This document shows positions 61,352-64,000 of a DNA stretch of 64,000 nucleotides, piece after piece (the stretch's first letter is position 1; each line of letters starts with the position of its first letter). The position numbers and the translations under genes are program-made. Source of the DNA: Planctomycetota bacterium (GTDB lineage: Bacteria > Planctomycetota > UBA1135 > UBA2386); the NCBI GenBank assembly GCA_965223545.1, contig OZ245006.1:352001-416000 (forward strand), in the 5' to 3' direction. Below the pieces are notes generated by a model. The model was given only the letters and a program-made list of their open reading frames with translations. It searched no databases and had not been told where the DNA came from.

Positions 61352-61690
61352 TGCGTGCCTGAACGGAGCCACCTCGGTTCGGGCCAGCGGAGCCACCCCA
61401 GTTCGCGCGCGTGGAGCCACCCTCGTTCGGCTGAACGGAGCCATCTGACGGTCCGAGCTGCCACCTGATCTGGAGTTTGGGTGAGCCGCCCGCCGCCCGG
61501 GATCCTCGTGGGATCTACCAAACCAACCACGAGGACCAGATGGGCAACGGGAGGCTCACGATGCATCGCCTACAAGATCTTGTCCAGCTCCACCGCCAAG
61601 CCTGCCAGCTCGAGCAATCGCGCGGCTGCTGCGGATGGGGCGCAACACGGTGTCGCGCTACTCCGAGGCGCTGAGGTTGGCCGTGCGCGG
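61352..61690 (+). mobile_element. IS21-family-like left end and frameshifted, truncated transposase (istA) remnant
   Basis: TG start; GGAGCCA repeated every 24 bp (61365, 61389, 61413, 61437); GAGGA + ATG 61540 gives MGNGRLTMHRLQDLVQLHRQ, then after a 1-nt shift LPARAIARLLRMGRNTVSRY (HTH). Confidence 0.7.
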
Positions 61691-61804
61691 CTCGAAAATA
61701 CTGAACAGACTGTCGTCGTTGGGCGCCTGCTCGCCACGTCGCCACGTAGCACGCGACAGTTGATCTGATCGACAACGCGAAGGCTGAGGCGCGGACTTGT
61801 TCGG

Positions 61805-62407
61805 TCAGTACCACGGGGGCAATCCTAACCGCCCCGAATAGGGGTCAACCGCACCGCTGCGCCTGCGAAACACAGGCCAATTCGGCGGGAACCCGAAGAA
61901 ATCGCGGAGCCTCTTCTCGGCGACGGCAACACCCGACTTCTCCATGGCTTCCCGATATATCTCAAAATGAACTCTTCGCCACCGGATTCGATCCTGCCGA
62001 TTCAAGTCCATACGCTCGACGATCCAACTGCCTTTCTTCGTCCGAGGCCAAACCTCACCAGTTTCGGAAATGCGAAGATGTAGGCCATAGGGTGCAACCT
62101 CCGGATGAAGCTCCGCCGGCAGCTCGCTGGTCCCCTTGATTCGATTGCATTCATTGCATGCATACACGAGATTCAAGTAATCCGTCGTGATTGCGGGGTA
62201 CCTACTCTTGGGTCGATAGTGATCGATACCAAAGAAAGAGGCGTTCAGGTTCCAAGTTTCACGGCTAAGACAGTAAACACATGCAAAAATGAATTCGTCA
62301 CGAAGAAAATCTCTATAGGACCTATAGGACCTATATGCAACTGGAGCATGGCGACGCACATGCTCTCGGGTCGGATACTCGAAGCTCGGTCGATCTCCTG
62401 CAACCAT
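61805..62407 (-). CDS. HNH endonuclease (Zn-binding)
   Basis: CVYC...IDHYRPKS...NLVYACNECNRIKG. Confidence 0.88.
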   Translation of the reverse strand: MVAGDRPSFEYPTREHVRRHAPVAYRSYRSYRDFLRDEFIFACVYCLSRETWNLNASFFGIDHYRPKSRYPAITTDYLNLVYACNECNRIKGTSELPAELHPEVAPYGLHLRISETGEVWPRTKKGSWIVERMDLNRQDRIRWRRVHFEIYREAMEKSGVAVAEKRLRDFFGFPPNWPVFRRRSGAVDPYSGRLGLPPWY

Positions 62408-62425
62408 CTTGCTGCTCCGGCGACG

Positions 62426-63061
62426 CTAGTCATGCCGCGTTCGTATCGACCTAAGCTCCTTTAGGGTCATCTCGGCCTGCGAGACATCGAGCGTAGAGAT
62501 GGATTCAAGTAGCCGCCGATGCTCTGTCTGCAGTTGAGCAAGGGAGTCCTCCTCTTCCCTGGTCAACCCCACCCCGCGGTGCTTCTTGTCGACCAGCGCA
62601 ACCCTTTCTCTATTCACTTGATCCGCCCGCTGTTCTATTCGCCAAACATCGATCAGCCTAGGGACCTTCTCGAACTCGTGTGCGAGGTCCGCCACCGGCT
62701 TCTCGACATAAAGGGACCCTCGAAACTCCTCGGCCTTAAGGCGGGTCACCTCGTCGCCGTGACCAGTCAAAAAAAAGATGAACGGGCCCGGAATTTTACG
62801 GCACGCCGCATTGATGCGAATACTCTCAGCGAGCCCGAATCCCCGAGACTCGTTCCCGAAACGAATATCGAGCACAACCAAGTCAACAACGAGGGCTTTG
62901 AGCTTCGCAACTCCGTCGTCCGGATCGCAACTTACTCCAAGGACAGCCCAACCCTCGTCTTCAAGAGCGTTCCGTGCCTGCTCTCCATGCAGATACTCGT
63001 CATCGATGACGAATGCGCACATCCCCACGCCCCCCTTTCTCCGTACGCCTGCTTTCGTCAT
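62426..63061 (-). CDS. Response regulator: receiver domain plus non-standard helical C-terminal domain
   Basis: VIDDE, VVLDIR, FLTG, VEKP; ~70-aa helical tail with no recognisable HTH. Confidence 0.85.
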   Translation of the reverse strand: MTKAGVRRKGGVGMCAFVIDDEYLHGEQARNALEDEGWAVLGVSCDPDDGVAKLKALVVDLVVLDIRFGNESRGFGLAESIRINAACRKIPGPFIFFLTGHGDEVTRLKAEEFRGSLYVEKPVADLAHEFEKVPRLIDVWRIEQRADQVNRERVALVDKKHRGVGLTREEEDSLAQLQTEHRRLLESISTLDVSQAEMTLKELRSIRTRHD

Positions 63062-64000
63062 TCTCGTTTCGGGTCAGGAGGAGGGGATGGGTCGCGAAAG
63101 GTGGCTGAAAAATAGGTGCCGCCCTGTTTACTGCCGAAGTCAACTCTACCCCTGAGTTGCTCTTCGATCAACCCAAAAACAAGTCGGAGGCCAAGCGACT
63201 CAGCCCTTCTTGGATCGAAACCAACAGGCAACCCGACTCCTGTATCGGTCACCTGAATCTGGATCTGGCGCTCCACGGTCTGCGTGAAACTGACGAAGAG
63301 GTTACCCCGCCCTCGGGTATCAGGAAACGCGTGCTTGAAAGCGTTCGAGACTAGCTCTTGCATTACGAGTGCGCACGGGACCATCGCGTCCAAGCTCATA
63401 CGCAGGCCGCTATCAGCATTCACTCGGGCGCTGACTTGCTGCCCATCATGGGAATAGGTCGAGACCAACTTGCGCACCAGATTCCGAACATAGTCACCGA
63501 CAACGATGTGATCGACTCGCTTTTCCCTATACAATAGCTCGTGCAGGTCGGCGATCGCGACTACTCGAGTCTGACAATCCCGGAGTGACGTCGCAGCCTC
63601 GCTTGAGCCCGTCGCCCGACGTTCGCGGTCTAATACGGCATTAATCGTCTGCAAATTGTTCTTTACGCGGTGGTGCACTTCCACCAGACGACGCTCTCCC
63701 GCCTGTTCCGGACGAAGATCTCGCGCGTAGCCGATTACACCAATGGGCTCGCCAGCTTGCAGCATGAGGCGAGAAGTGATTTCGACTGGTATCCTCTCGT
63801 CTTGGTTCCCCAAAAATGCCGCGTCATAGGTGGAGGTGGCCTCGGCCGGATTCGCACTATGCACCAGATTACGGATCTCGCGCGACACAATTTCCGCATA
63901 CTCCGGTGCAATGATTCTATCGGAGGGAATGAGCTTCGTCGAACTTAATCCTGACCATTCTTTTGTGCCGCGTCGGCCAACAATATCCAGAGCGGCATCG
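63058..64000 (-). CDS. PAS/PAC-containing HisKA_2-type histidine kinase (N-terminus outside the window)
   Basis: EVHHRVKNNLQ, ELVSNAFKHAF, DTGVG, SLGLRLV, PAC-like IGYARDL. The frame stays open from 63888 to the window edge. Confidence 0.9.
   Translation of the reverse strand, partial: DAALDIVGRRGTKEWSGLSSTKLIPSDRIIAPEYAEIVSREIRNLVHSANPAEATSTYDAAFLGNQDERIPVEITSRLMLQAGEPIGVIGYARDLRPEQAGERRLVEVHHRVKNNLQTINAVLDRERRATGSSEAATSLRDCQTRVVAIADLHELLYREKRVDHIVVGDYVRNLVRKLVSTYSHDGQQVSARVNADSGLRMSLDAMVPCALVMQELVSNAFKHAFPDTRGRGNLFVSFTQTVERQIQIQVTDTGVGLPVGFDPRRAESLGLRLVFGLIEEQLRGRVDFGSKQGGTYFSATFRDPSPPPDPKRE

Noticed and set aside
61360..61445. CRISPR array
   Set aside because: The 24-bp period leaves no room for spacers, the units are degenerate, no cas genes are present, and an IS end explains them better.
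61805..62407. RNA-guided nuclease (IscB/Cas9-like) or prophage gene
   Set aside because: It is only 200 aa with no RuvC motifs, no evident adjacent ncRNA or array, and no phage structural genes in the window.

Overview
High-GC bacterial chromosome segment, almost all on the minus strand. Gene style suggests a Planctomycetota-like diderm, which is an inference. The core is a dispersed type IV pilus / T2SS-like locus: pilM-pilN-pilO(+PilP-like)-pilQ, a second PilT/PilU plus a GspC-like PDZ protein, pilD, pilT-pilB-pilC and one pilin. It is interleaved with housekeeping genes (rpoN-truA-hpf-ptsN-HPr, rne-rplU-rpmA-obgE, coaX-mnmE-like-pyrB). The most unusual content is six very large (about 640-1320 aa) paralogous lipoproteins of two families, with Ig-like and glycine-rich segments and a similar C-terminal strand. 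They sit with a three-gene glycosylation module (GT2, GT4, TMTC-like GT-C/TPR) directly behind the pilin, which makes them a candidate glycosylated surface structure linked to the pilus. Other oddities: a PyrB fused to a PyrI-type Zn domain, a degenerate EF-G paralog, a ~200-bp tandem palindromic element upstream of pilQ, a frameshifted ELWxxDGT gene next to a Doc-type TA pair, and a lower-GC island at the right edge (IS21 remnant, then kinase - receiver - HNH nuclease). I saw no rRNA, tRNA or CRISPR array. All family calls come from motif recognition by eye; no database searches were run.
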